Shown in pieces: positions 11,302 to 23,669 of a DNA stretch of 64,000 nucleotides. The notes under the pieces were generated by a model. The model made no database searches and was not told the DNA's origin. It saw only the letters and a list, made by a program, of their open reading frames with translations. This DNA is from Tubiluchus corallicola (Eukaryota > Animalia > Priapulida): the NCBI GenBank assembly GCA_030141605.1, contig JAQGDQ010000618.1, forward strand, positions 62,001 to 126,000, in the 5' to 3' direction. Positions within the stretch are counted from its first letter, which is position 1, and every line of letters begins with the position of its first letter. The position numbers were made by a program, and so were the translations under genes.

Positions 11302-14300
11302 ATGCCTCGTCGTTCAACAAGAGCTAATGTAAGAAGCAGTAGTCAGACGTCTAGCAGTGTTGAAGAATCACCTATCCGTGCCACACGCACACGCAGTTCT
11401 TCCAGGTAAAAATGTAATAAATCTTTCTGGACAGTTAGAGCTTGCTGCATTTTGCATGCGTTCGTGAAAACTCTCCTCACTAAGCAGCGATTACATTATA
11501 TTTGATAACTTTTGTAGGTTTCTACTCCTCACACAATGGATTTTCATGTAAAATTGTATATCAAATGCATTTGCTTAACATTGACAAATTAAAAATAGAT
11601 TTTTGACAAAAACATTGAAAAAAGTTTGCAGCGACTGCAGTGTTTACACTGTAGCAAAGTACAGCATCACTTGTGTGAAATCAACTAATGTAAAAAACTT
11701 CAGTTATCCAGGCGCAACACTCTGATACACTTAGGTTTTAAATCTACTCTATTTTTAAGAAGAAATTCCTGTTAAAAGATCGAATGACCTTAATTTGCCC
11801 TTGGTTGTGTGGTTTTTCCTTCAGCTGTAGCGAGCAGGAGATCAATAAATTAGTTTGTACGATCATGCCAATGTACACCGGACTGAGCTACTCGATAGGC
11901 TAAGTTAGCAAGATTGAAGAATGGGCGTGTTTTTATTAATTTCACCCAATTAAAATCCTTATACATGTTTAAACAAATAGAATGATTGGATAGCCGAGAT
12001 TCTCCTGAATAAAACAGTACCCATTTTCAATCATTCTGTTATTTATGTGCTCATACAGCGGCAGAAACGTCATAGGTCTTCTAAGATCTATTTTGAATAG
12101 TGTGGTTTTGAAGGAATTAATAACAGGGGTCAGGAAAAATCCTGGAAAATACAGGCTGTCCTGGAAAGTCATGAAAAAGTCAGGGAGGAAGATAATTTGA
12201 TAAAAAGTCAGGGAAAATAATGAAAATGGGATGAAAAGTCAGGGAAATTTGAAAGGCTTGCAAAAATAATCACGTGAACCGAAATTTTTCCAAACATATT
12301 TTTCAGCGATTTGCGTTCAAAAAAAATTTTGCTATGGCAGACTCCCAGTTTCAATTTCTTTTCCATAAATAATAATTTGGCAACATTATGTATGAAGACA
12401 TGTATGAATGTCCATACACAAAAATGTGTGAATATGTATATTGGTAAAGCAATTTCTGCTTATCTTGGTCCATGAAAAATCAATATTTGGCCAGGGAAAA
12501 GTCAGGGAAATTAATTTTAAAATTCTGTGGGAACCCTGTAATAACCTCAGTAGCGATTTCATTTGATGGGATAGTAATGAGCAATGATGTTGCTTTTTAC
12601 TAAAGATTGATTTCGCGTCTTGATCCACAATGATTTGTTCTAATGACAAGTAATGTGCGGGACTTAATCTGGTCTAATACCTAGTTATTATATAACTATA
12701 AACTGTTAGTAAACTCGTAGTTTTGAAAATTTTATTCTACTATTTTGCTTCGTTGCATTCAGTCCTTTCATATGCATGATACTTTTTCAGAGGTCAGACA
12801 AAGGCCAGTCCATCAAAAAGCACAGAGTCCAGTCCTTCGCCTAGCTTACGCAGCAGACGTGGACAACAGAAAGAATTACTATCGTCTGGGGATGCAAAGG
12901 TTAATTTACTTAGTTATTCAACAATGTTTACATGTTTACTGCTTAAAGGACAAGAAAAAGGTCACCTGGAGTAGGTTTCAGAAAAATCGCCTTAAAATTT
13001 TTTACTACTTTACAGTAATTTTATGCATGTATCGTATTCACGTTGAAAGAAATTTTCGTTTGTTTTCATTTTAAATCTCCCGCAATACTGTTACGACGAC
13101 GCCATTACATGATGTCACTACGCCAAGTAAATCAGGGGAAGAAAAGCCAATGTTAAATTATGACCAAAAAAACTTTCCGTGCAAATCTATATTACTTAGC
13201 ATTTCACTTACCTGCTGGAAAGACTTATGTAACTAGACTAATAGCTTAAAATTTTTGTGCGAATTGGTAAAGTGTCGCTGACTCACCGTCTAGGGTGCGC
13301 AACTCACTGACCAAAAAGCGTATTTTTAATCTTCTTGACAAGCAGATAATTATACGGTAATTTAAAATTTTAGTTGAGTAGCAACATGTATGCTCAGATT
13401 ATTTTTTCAAACTTTACTTAGTGTTATCAAAACTTGTTTCAAACTACCTATTATTAAAATGGCTGCGCCTAACGGTTATCGCGGGAGTTTAAATTTAGAC
13501 GTTTTATACAGCGTTAAAGCCGATGCAAGCCATGCATACGAAAATGTAGTATGTAAGTGGCATAAAATTTCGAGACGAGTTTTTTAAGCTTTATGTAAGT
13601 GGAGGGTTTTCTTGTGCTTTAAGTCAATTTTTAAATCATTGTTTTTTAAGTTAGACTGAATATTCAAAAGGTTTGAGTCTATAGCCAAAGAAGTTGCTAT
13701 TTAGTTACCAACGTTTAATTAAGTATAGTGAAATCTTCTTGTTTCTCATTGAGATATTTATTTGTTCTACTTTCACACTTTGTTCAAAAGCTTCTAAAGT
13801 GTGTGAGCTAGGATCAGTTAAGATGACAGACTAAATGAAAATGTTAAAGTTTGCAAACAGTTACTATTTTCATTATCCGAACTGATGCGAATGTTCGACT
13901 CGAGCTTAGTTAACCCGTCTCGTCGACTATAATCCAAAATTTCCAAATGTAGAACTTCTTAATTGGAAGAAATATTCCAGAATTCGCTATCCGCCAAAAT
14001 CTGTATCCGTAGCAGCAGTACCGTTACTGTAGTCATCAGTATTCAGATGTATTCTGGATAGCATGGATTATTGTTTTGTTGCCTAGCAGTCTGTTGTGTT
14101 GCATACTAATGCATTTGTCTAAATTTAGGATAAACAGTTTCTGCTTGGTGGCATCTTTGTGCTGAACAAAATAAAATAATTTTTTCTCCCGAATTGTTTG
14201 ACACTTTTTTAACACAGGTTGTTCTGCAGAGAATTGAGAAGACCACCCCCAAGCGAGGTCGGGGCAAGAAGCCCGTAGAGGATGAACCTGTGTCCGACGA

Positions 14301-17300
14301 AGACGAGAGCGACGAAATCGTTACACCTACGCGACGAGCTAGAGGAAAACGACAGAAAGAGGAGACATATGAAGAAGGCAGGGGCGATGAAAAAAGCACA
14401 CCTACAACAAAAAGAGGACGTTCCAAACGGGCAACTCCAAAGAAAACTCCCTCCCCTAGAAAGTCTACTCCACGGCAGGGTGGCAGAAGGAAAAAAACTG
14501 AAGAAGAGGTAGAGGAGTCACCTGCAGAGGAGGAGGAAGAGGCTCCTGAAGCTCCTCGTAAGGTGGAAGAGTTGACTTCGCCACGCGGAGGACGTCCAAG
14601 CCGACGAAGCGCGGCCAGCGCAAAGAAAGCAATATCTGGGGCAAGTCCGTCTTCAAAGAGACCCAGCCGAGGTCGAGCAGCTAAAGTTGGGAGTACGGAA
14701 CAAACGGAAGACGTTGTTGAAGGGGAACCTAATAAGGAGCCAAGTGAAAAAGCTGAGGAAGAAGAGGAGCATATAGAGATTCCAGAGGAAGAAAAAGAGG
14801 CTGTTGAAATTTCTGATGAAGAAGAAGAAGAAGGAGAAAAAGCAAATAAGGAAGTTGTTGATGTGGAAGCAGAAGAACCTACTGTATCAAGTAAAGCAGA
14901 ACAAAAACTGCAAACAGAAGCTGATAGTTTAAAGTTGCAGGAAGAAAGTAAAGAAGAACAAATAACAAGTCAGAAAGAAGAAGATTCAGCTATCAAGGCC
15001 GAAGTAGAACAAACAGATGTAACGCAAAAGAGTGCAAGTGAACGTAAATCAGATGCTGAGGCTGCTGAATCAGCAGATGTTGCATCTCAAGAAGAAATGC
15101 AGAAGAACATTGTAGATGAAGATGTAGTAGATCAAGCTGATACTGATGTAGCAGAACAACAGTTTGTAGAAAAAGAAAAATCTTCCTTGCCTGAGCCCAA
15201 AGTTTTAAGTGCTGTAGAGCAGGAAACTGTATCTGAGGATGAGGTAATGGAAGTAGAAGCACCGGATGTTGTCAAACCTGGGGCAGAGAGTGAAGTCAAA
15301 ACCAGGAAAGAAAAAGACGAAGAAGTTGCAAAACCAGAGCAGCTAGAAAAGAAAGCTCACGATGAAAAAACTGAAGAAGTTTCTGAGGATGTTGACGCAC
15401 AGCGTGCCGGAGAACAAGACGTAGACATGGAAACAGATGTTCACAGGTTAGAAGATGATTGGGAACTAATTACACGAGAAGAAATTGATGAGGTGAAAGC
15501 AGAAGAAACGAGACGGTCACAAACTTCCGCACCTACTGCAAACGATGTTGTTTCCAGCGAAAAAGAGGTGGATGATGAAGCAGTGTCTCCTAGAAAACGT
15601 GCGGTTGCAGACACCGATTTCGAGGATCACCAGCAACAAAAGAAGCAACGTGTTGATGACGTTGGCGAAGAAACGGAACGAGAACGTGAAACGGACAACC
15701 GTGAATCATTCCAGGAAGAAATGGCTGTTTCAGAAAACCAGACAGATGCAATCGAACAACAACATTCCACAGAAATAAACGGTACGGAAAGTACTGCCGT
15801 GAAAACCGCAAGTTCAGACGACACGTACAAACGTGAATTTGTATTCAACAAGTTTTTCCCCAGTGCGTCTATTGTAAGTGCCGAAAAGAAACTTTCGGCT
15901 CTTTCCTTCGATGTAAATTGTGGTGACGGAGAATTTGATGCGTTGAAAGTGCTTAAGGACTTGGAGTCATTGAACTCTGATATAATCTGCTTGCAAGAAC
16001 TCAATGTGGTAGCGTCCAGCAGAGGAAAGCTTGACTCGGCGTTACGTTCTATGCATTATACAGGTAAGTAGACTATTCTCAGTTGCAGGTCAGTGCATTT
16101 TAGATATTTATTCATTTGAAACTGATACTGAAGAAGTCGCTCGAAAAAATGCTGCAAAAAAATTTGTCGGTACGCATAAATTGTTTTTTTACGCAGCTGT
16201 ACATTCTGCAATCCAGTACTATGCGTTAGGCCCTAATTAACAGCGATATTATTTGAAGCTGTATCATTAACAAAAATAATCCTGTAAGATTAGCCAGAGG
16301 CTTTGTAGCCACATCCTGATGTGCACCTTGTTGTATAAGTTACCGGCCGGGAGCACCTGAAAAACGTATTGAGCCAGTTTTCAGGCTGTAATTTATCCAC
16401 TTGCTAGCCAAGCGCACGCATTGATATACTGACCAGGCTTGGTGTTGCTTAACTTTGGCATTAAGTATACGCCTTGATCATGTGGCTATTTCCTTGCTCC
16501 AGTAATAACTGAAACATACGTCACTGCATTGTTTTCAGGCTGTAATTTCTCCATTTACTAGCCAAGCACACACATTGATATACTGACCAGACTTGGCGTT
16601 GCTTAACTTTGGCATTAAGTATACACCTTGATCATGTGGCTATTTCCTTGCTCCAGTAATAACTGAAACATGCATCACTGCATTGTTTTCAGGCTGTAAT
16701 TTATCCATTTACTAGCCAAGCACACACATTGATATACTGACCAGACTTGGCGTTGCTTAACTTTGGCATTAAGTATACACCTTGATCATGTGGCTAGTTC
16801 CTTGCTCCAGTAATAACTGAAACATACGTCACTGCATATGTTTTCGTTCATTTTTTCCTCAAATTATATGGAGGTCTATATCTTTTTTAGATCAAATAGT
16901 ACAGAGTTCTCTTCTGATGTTTTTACGAGTTCGAGATCTTCATTTACTCTAACTGTGTTCTCATTTTTTGGCAGGTTCATACTACATGGATTCACAGTTC
17001 AAAGACGGTGGTCTAGCCGTGTTCTTCAAGACTTCAGAACTGGAACAGGTTCAAGCTCAATCTCTGCCAATGCATTCTATCTTACAGGAAGTACGTACGC
17101 TACCAACGTTTGCCAGCTCGCTTCCTCGTGCATGTGGAACGTGATTTTAAGTTTTACACCTACATGTTTTTTTTTTTTTTTATACCTTAATATTTGAATG
17201 TGAAATTCATTTAATGTTTTCAGTAGGAATTTAATCAATACTGTTTTGTTTAAGTTTGTTAGTGCGTGGTAGCAGCAAGTTGAAAATATGTATTGTAACT

Positions 17301-20300
17301 GTTTCTGTGTCTAAGAAATTATTTGTACATGCAGCTTTGTATATGTGGTTTACATATCTGGACAAATTACTCATTACTCAAATTATGCATTTTTTATCAT
17401 CTGTGACAGACAATCGCTTCAGTTAAAGGAACCATTGTTTTGTAAGAGTGGACGCTCTCTCATGATATGCTGTCGATGTTTACTTAGGCAAAAGAATTGA
17501 GTTTAAGTCGATATTTCACTGACCTGACCACGATGACTGCCACGTGAAACTTACAGTTTCGCAAATGGCAGCTTTGCATGGTCATAATCTGTGGCGTAGC
17601 CAAATAGGGGAGCGAAGGGAGCAATCTCTTCCCCAAGCACATTTTTCAAAATTGGCTCTTTTTCAACAATTTTTTTAACTCTTTAGTTCACTTGTGCGAT
17701 AAAAGTCGAATATTTTTTTTAATCGCGTGGCCTTGGAAGAATTTTCTGAAGTCATTACTTTATTTGACCAACCTGCCTCCTGTGCTTTTGAAATGAGTGC
17801 GTGTTTATGCAAGTCGTGTGTCAAGTTTGACTGATTGAACCAAGGGTCAAAATGCCCGGGGCTGGACATATCATTATTATAATATATTCTTACCACACAA
17901 TTGTCTATAGTAGGTCTACTGTCAATTAAGTACTTCTTTTAAACTGTGTTTTCCTCGTGTTTTGATTTTAAACACAAAATTAAAATGTATAATCAGTGTT
18001 AAAAATTGTCTGGCATGTGTCACAGCGCCTTTTTTGAGCTTGCTCCCCCTAACTTTAGAACCTGGCTACGCCCCTGTCACAGCGCCTTTTTTGTGCTTGC
18101 TCTCCCTAACTTAAGAACCTGGCTACGCCCCTGTCACAGCACCTTTTTTGTGCTTGCTCTCCCTAACTTAAGAACCTGGCTACGCCCCTGTCACAGCGCC
18201 TTTTTTGTGCTTGCTCTCCCTAACTTAAGAACCTGGCTACGCCCCTGTCACAGCACCTTTTTTGTGCTTGCTCTCCCTAACTTAAGAACCTGGCTACGCC
18301 CCTGTCACAGCACCTTTTTTGTGCTTGCTCTCCCTAACTTAAGAACCTGGCTACGCCCCTGTCACAGTGCCTTTTTTGTGCTTGCTCTCCCTAACTTAAG
18401 AACCTGGCTACGCCCCTGTCACAGCGCCTTTTTTGTGCTTGCTCTCCCTAACTTAAGAACCTGGCTACGCCCCTGTCACAGCACCTTTTTTGTGCTTGCT
18501 CCCCCTAACTTTAGAACCTGGCTACGCCCCTGTCACAGCACCTTTTTTGTGCTTGCTCCCCCTAACTTTAGAACCTGGCTACGCCCCTGTCACAGCACCT
18601 TTTTTGTGCTTGCTCCCCCTAACTTTAGAACCTGGCTACGCCCCTGTCACAGCACCTTTTTTGTGCTTGCTCTCCCTAACTTTAGAACCTGGCTACGCCC
18701 CTGTCACAGCACCTTTTTTGTGCTTGCTCCCCCTAACTTTAGAACCTGGCTACACCCCTGTCACAGTGCCTTTTGCTTCCACTAACTTTAGAACCTGGCT
18801 ACACCCCTGTCACAGTGCCTTTTGCTTCAACTAACTTTAGAACCTGGCTACACCCCTGTCACAGTGCCTTTTGCTTCCACTAACTTTAGAACCTGGCTAC
18901 ACCCCTGTCACAGTGCCTTTTGCTTCCACTAACTTTAGAACCTGGCTACCACGCTTATTGTAATTGAAGTTTTGCATCTTCGAAGGCAATTACATGCATC
19001 AAACTAAAACTGTGCTGCTACTATTTAACTTTTTCTTGCGTCATCAGGTTTGATATATTCATCTGTTACATCTCTAGGGGTTAAACAGCAGCGGTTTGGA
19101 AGGTGAAACATGGCAAGCGGTACAAAAGTTTCTGAGCCAACCTTCCAGCAGCGTTGTGCAGTTTGTGAAGCTGAAATCACTCAAGTCTGGAGCGTGTGTT
19201 ACTGTTGCTAATGTACACATGGATCAGAGCCGTATGAAGCTGCCAAACTTACAGACGTTACAGGTATGAAAACAGCGATTTGATGAGACTGGATAAGTGA
19301 ACAGAATGATGTGATGATACTACACGGCATGATAAGTGATGATACTACATGGCATGATAAGTGATGACTCTACACGGCATGATAAGTGAACAGAGTGATG
19401 TGATGATACTATACGGCATGATAAGTGATGATACTTCACGGCATGATATGTGAACAGAGTGATATGCTGATCAGTAACGGCACGTAGTTAAAATTACTTG
19501 GGGTGGGGCTTCAGAAAATTTTAGCCGTTGTTTTTTAACTGTTTAAACCGAAACAAACATATGTAATTTTAATGTTGTAATTTGTAATTGTAATTTTAAA
19601 CAAACAAACACACGAAAATTTATACATGAACTTGATAAAATCCTAAAGAAAAAATATTGTTTGCTTACTAATAGCCTTAATTGTCGAATTTCAAGAATAT
19701 GCCGGTACACGGATTTTAAGCACGTGACAACTGACAAAACAAATTGTGTGAGAAAACAGTACTCTTTCTACCTGAAAATGCATGGTCTCAGACATGTGCA
19801 CATGGCCGCATGCCCACAACAGCCAAACACCATGTTGCTGGAGCTGTGAGCGCACTGTGCTGGGCTGTGAAGCAAACAGTACTATTCTCACGTACCCACA
19901 ACAGCCAAACACTGTGTTGCTGGAGCTGTGAGCGCACTGTGCTGGGCTGTGAAGCAAACAGTACTACCCTCACGTGCCCAGAACAGCCAAACACCATGTT
20001 GCTGGAGCTGTGAGCGCACTGTGCTGTGCTGTGAAGCAAACAGTACTATTCTCACGTACCCACAACAGCCAAACACCGTGCTGCTGGAGCTGTGAGCGCA
20101 CTGTGCTGGGCTGTGAAGCAAACAGTACTACCCTCACGTGCCCAGAACAGCCAAACACCATGTTGCTGGAGCTGTGAGCGCACTGTGCTGTGCTGTGAAG
20201 CAAACAGTACTATTCTCACGTACCCACAACAGCCAAACACCGTGCTGCTGGAGCTGTGAGCGCACTGTGCTGGGCTGTGAAGCTAACAGTACTATTCTCA

Positions 20301-23300
20301 CGTACCCACAACAGCCAAACACCGTGTTGCTGGAGCTGTGAGCGCACTGTGCTGGGCTGTGAAGCTAACAGTACTATTCTCACGTACCCACAACAGCCAA
20401 ACACCATGTTGCTGGAGCTGTGAACGTACTGTGCTGGGCTGTGAAGCAAACAGTACTACCCTCACGTGCCCACAACAGCCAAACGCCATGTTGCTGGAGC
20501 TGTGAGCGCACTGTGCTGGGCTGTGAAGCAAACAGTACTACCCTCACGTGCCCAGAACAGCCAAACACCATATTGCTGGAGCTGTGAGCGCACTGTGCTG
20601 GGCTGTGAAGCAAACAGTACTATTCTCACGTGCCCACAACAGCCAAACACCATGTTGCTGGAGCTGTGAGCGCACTGTGCTGGGCTGTGAAGCTAACAGT
20701 ACTACTCTCACTTGCCCCCAACAGCCAAACGCCATGTTGCTGGAGTTGTGAGCGCACTGTGCTGGGCTGTGAAGCTAACAGTACTACTCTCAGGTGCTCT
20801 GGACCGTACAAGTATAAAGAAAGAACGAAAGAAAAAATCTTATTATATTGAATATTATTGGTTATATTTAGTGAAAATAGGGGGTGCTGCAGTTCCACAA
20901 TACCTATACACGAGCCACCACTGATGATGATACTGTGTGATAGTGGTTGAACATCGATTTCATTTTCATAATCGATTTATCGAATTTAAATTGATTCAGT
21001 AACTCGATTATAATTGGTTTCTAGGGGGGAAAACTAATAATTTCGAAACCTTTAACAAATAACACTTTGAGTGTAACAGGTTTGCTATCCTTAGCCACTG
21101 CTGTTTTAATTACAGTGTTGATAGAAAAAGTAATCAGTATCAAGTTTTAAATGAAATAATTTTACTAGTTTGGAGTTTATTAAACTGTTGTTATCGTTTG
21201 CGTGCTTGTCCGTACTACAAAAACCATTACCTGTACTCAAGAGAAGTTTCCGCAGTTTCTCCAAGACAGTAAGTTATTGTACAAAGATGACACCGTACGT
21301 CTTGATTTCACTAAAATGCTGACTGTGTTTACCGTGCGATTTTTGTGATTTTCTGAAAAGTAAGTGTAAATGGCATTGGTAATGCGATTGATTTACGTTG
21401 GGAGCTGAGAAAATTATCAACAATCAATAAAAGCCCAATTGATTAATAATCGATTAATCTGTCCCGCTTCTATGGTGAGGCAGTGAGTGAAATGATCTTA
21501 TGATGCAGTGTGATACGGTGAAGTGTCATACAGGTGTGAACAAAGCAATCTTCTGATACGGTGTGACGTGGTGATGTGTCCTACAGATATAAACGAAGCA
21601 ATCTTATGATACAGTGTGACATGGTGATATGTCATACAGATATAAATGAATCAACATTATGATACAGCGTGATATGGTGAAGTGTCATACAGGTGTGAAC
21701 AAAGCAATCTATTGATATGGTGAAGTGTCATACGGTTATAAATGAAGCAATCTTATGATACAATGTTATACGGTGATGTGTCATACTGGTATAAACGAAG
21801 CAATCTTATGATGCAGTATCATATGATGAATTTGCATATAGAGAGAGAGGAAGAGAGAATATCTATCTACTTCTACTTTTGTAAAACCTTTTAGGTGACT
21901 TACCTCTGACACAGCTGTACGATCAAATGAATTCATACTTGCATACCCTCAACCTATTCTAAAATAATGGTTGCTGTGCAGTGTGTGCAAGTGTGTGCAA
22001 GTGTGTGTAAGCATAATTCTAGGTTAGTGCCTGCAATCCTGGATGTTACTGAATTCTCGTTTGCTAGAAAGTGACAGAGGGCAGCAGTTTTCAGCTTGTA
22101 TTTTTGTATAAAAATAAACTTTTTGTGTGTGAAAAGCAGAGACATTGTCGTTGCTGTTTGGTTCTATGGCATGATTTTTTATGCTTGCAAACTCAAACGT
22201 AAAGTGTACAGCATTTCATTCTGCGATGTGCTATCACCTGTTCGTCTGCATATATGGAAGTTGTGCACGTCTGCTGTACAACTATTGTCATTCATGTTAC
22301 CTACAAAACACTGCTCATACGGTTGCTTTATGTCTTACGTACAAAACACTACAAAGCTTCTGGAAAATCGTGTCTTCAGTTTATCCATGCTGCTAAACAA
22401 GAACAACTTCACACTCTCCTAGACAAACTTATTTTTTAACTTAGTAGGTTATCACTTTGATTCTTTATTATTCCTTTACACGAAATGCTTTTAAAATTGA
22501 CATTGTCTAATTGACAAAACGGACAATGATAGATACAGAATATGACTTGACATTGTTTTCATTTTTTTGCTTATGTTTGTTTGAGTTCTTGATTTGTATG
22601 TAATTATTAGTTTTGTTTTTTATGAGTTTAAATTTTCCGTTTTGTTTGCTAATTTAAATTTTGCATCTTCTCATTGCCAAATTTATTTACTGTTTCTAAA
22701 TTTAAACTCATTTGAACTTGTTGCCTCTTTTGTTGTTTTGTTAAGTTGCTGATTATTTTCATTTCTACATACCTTACCTGACAGGTCACTTAATTTTCTT
22801 CAGTTTGGATAGGGGTGGTTGACTTGGTGACCCTTGGTCTTTTCGCCACCCTGTCTCTTTTCCGTCTTTATTTTAGTTTTTAGCTTTTGTTTATGTTTAT
22901 TTTGTAACATTCAGAGACAAATAAATTTTTTTACTTACTTGCTAGTATAAAGATTTACTGATTTTCTTTTCTCAGATCGCCTGCACTGTGAACAGTCTTG
23001 TACGTTTTGCTGGTTCCAACTCCGCTCCCATGATCTTGTGCGGCAATTTTGCCGTGAAGTCGGACAGCCCCGGATATCAGTTGCTCAGAGATGGCTACCT
23101 AAACACCGAGATGATCGAAAAACTTCAAACTGCACCTGACATTATTATTGGTGGCGAAGAGGTATTTAGTTGTTGCATGATTTGAATTTCAAATTTCATT
23201 TTTCTTATAATTATCGTGAAATCCATATCGAAGATCCGTACACGTGCGTGATTTGATGCACGAGTGACGAACACTTGTTTAGTAAACTCTTATTGGTCGT

Positions 23301-23637
23301 CGTCGTGGCAACAGCTTTCTCACTGCGAGCATGATCGATGGTGCTAGCGGCATTTCCAAGTTGTAGCTTACATTACATTCTATTACCAGACGGTTTAGTC
23401 TAGTGGTAATGCGTCTGCTTTCCGTCTGGGAGGTCGTGAGTTCGAACCAGGCGCCGGTTCATACCAAAGACTTTAAAAATGGTACCTGCTGTTGCCCTGT
23501 CTGATGCGTGGTATTTAGGGTAGAAGTGGGGTAATAATAGTCTCTGTTATGTAGTTGTAGGTTGTTATTTACAGTTGGCGATAATAGCTCTTTGAGCAAA
23601 TGTTAATTGTTGACCCAAAGGCCAACTTTAAATAAAG

Positions 23638-23669
<32 letters not shown>

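Noticed and set aside
18006-18785. 259-aa repetitive ORF
   Set aside because: Translation of a 57-bp minisatellite derived from a transposon end, inside an intron.
19691-20924. Stack of overlapping Cys-rich ORFs; possible CRISPR-like array
   Set aside because: 82-bp tandem repeat with no unique spacers, in a eukaryotic intron.
23385-23460. Functional tRNA gene
   Set aside because: Acceptor stem is imperfect and it continues into a SINE body and tail.
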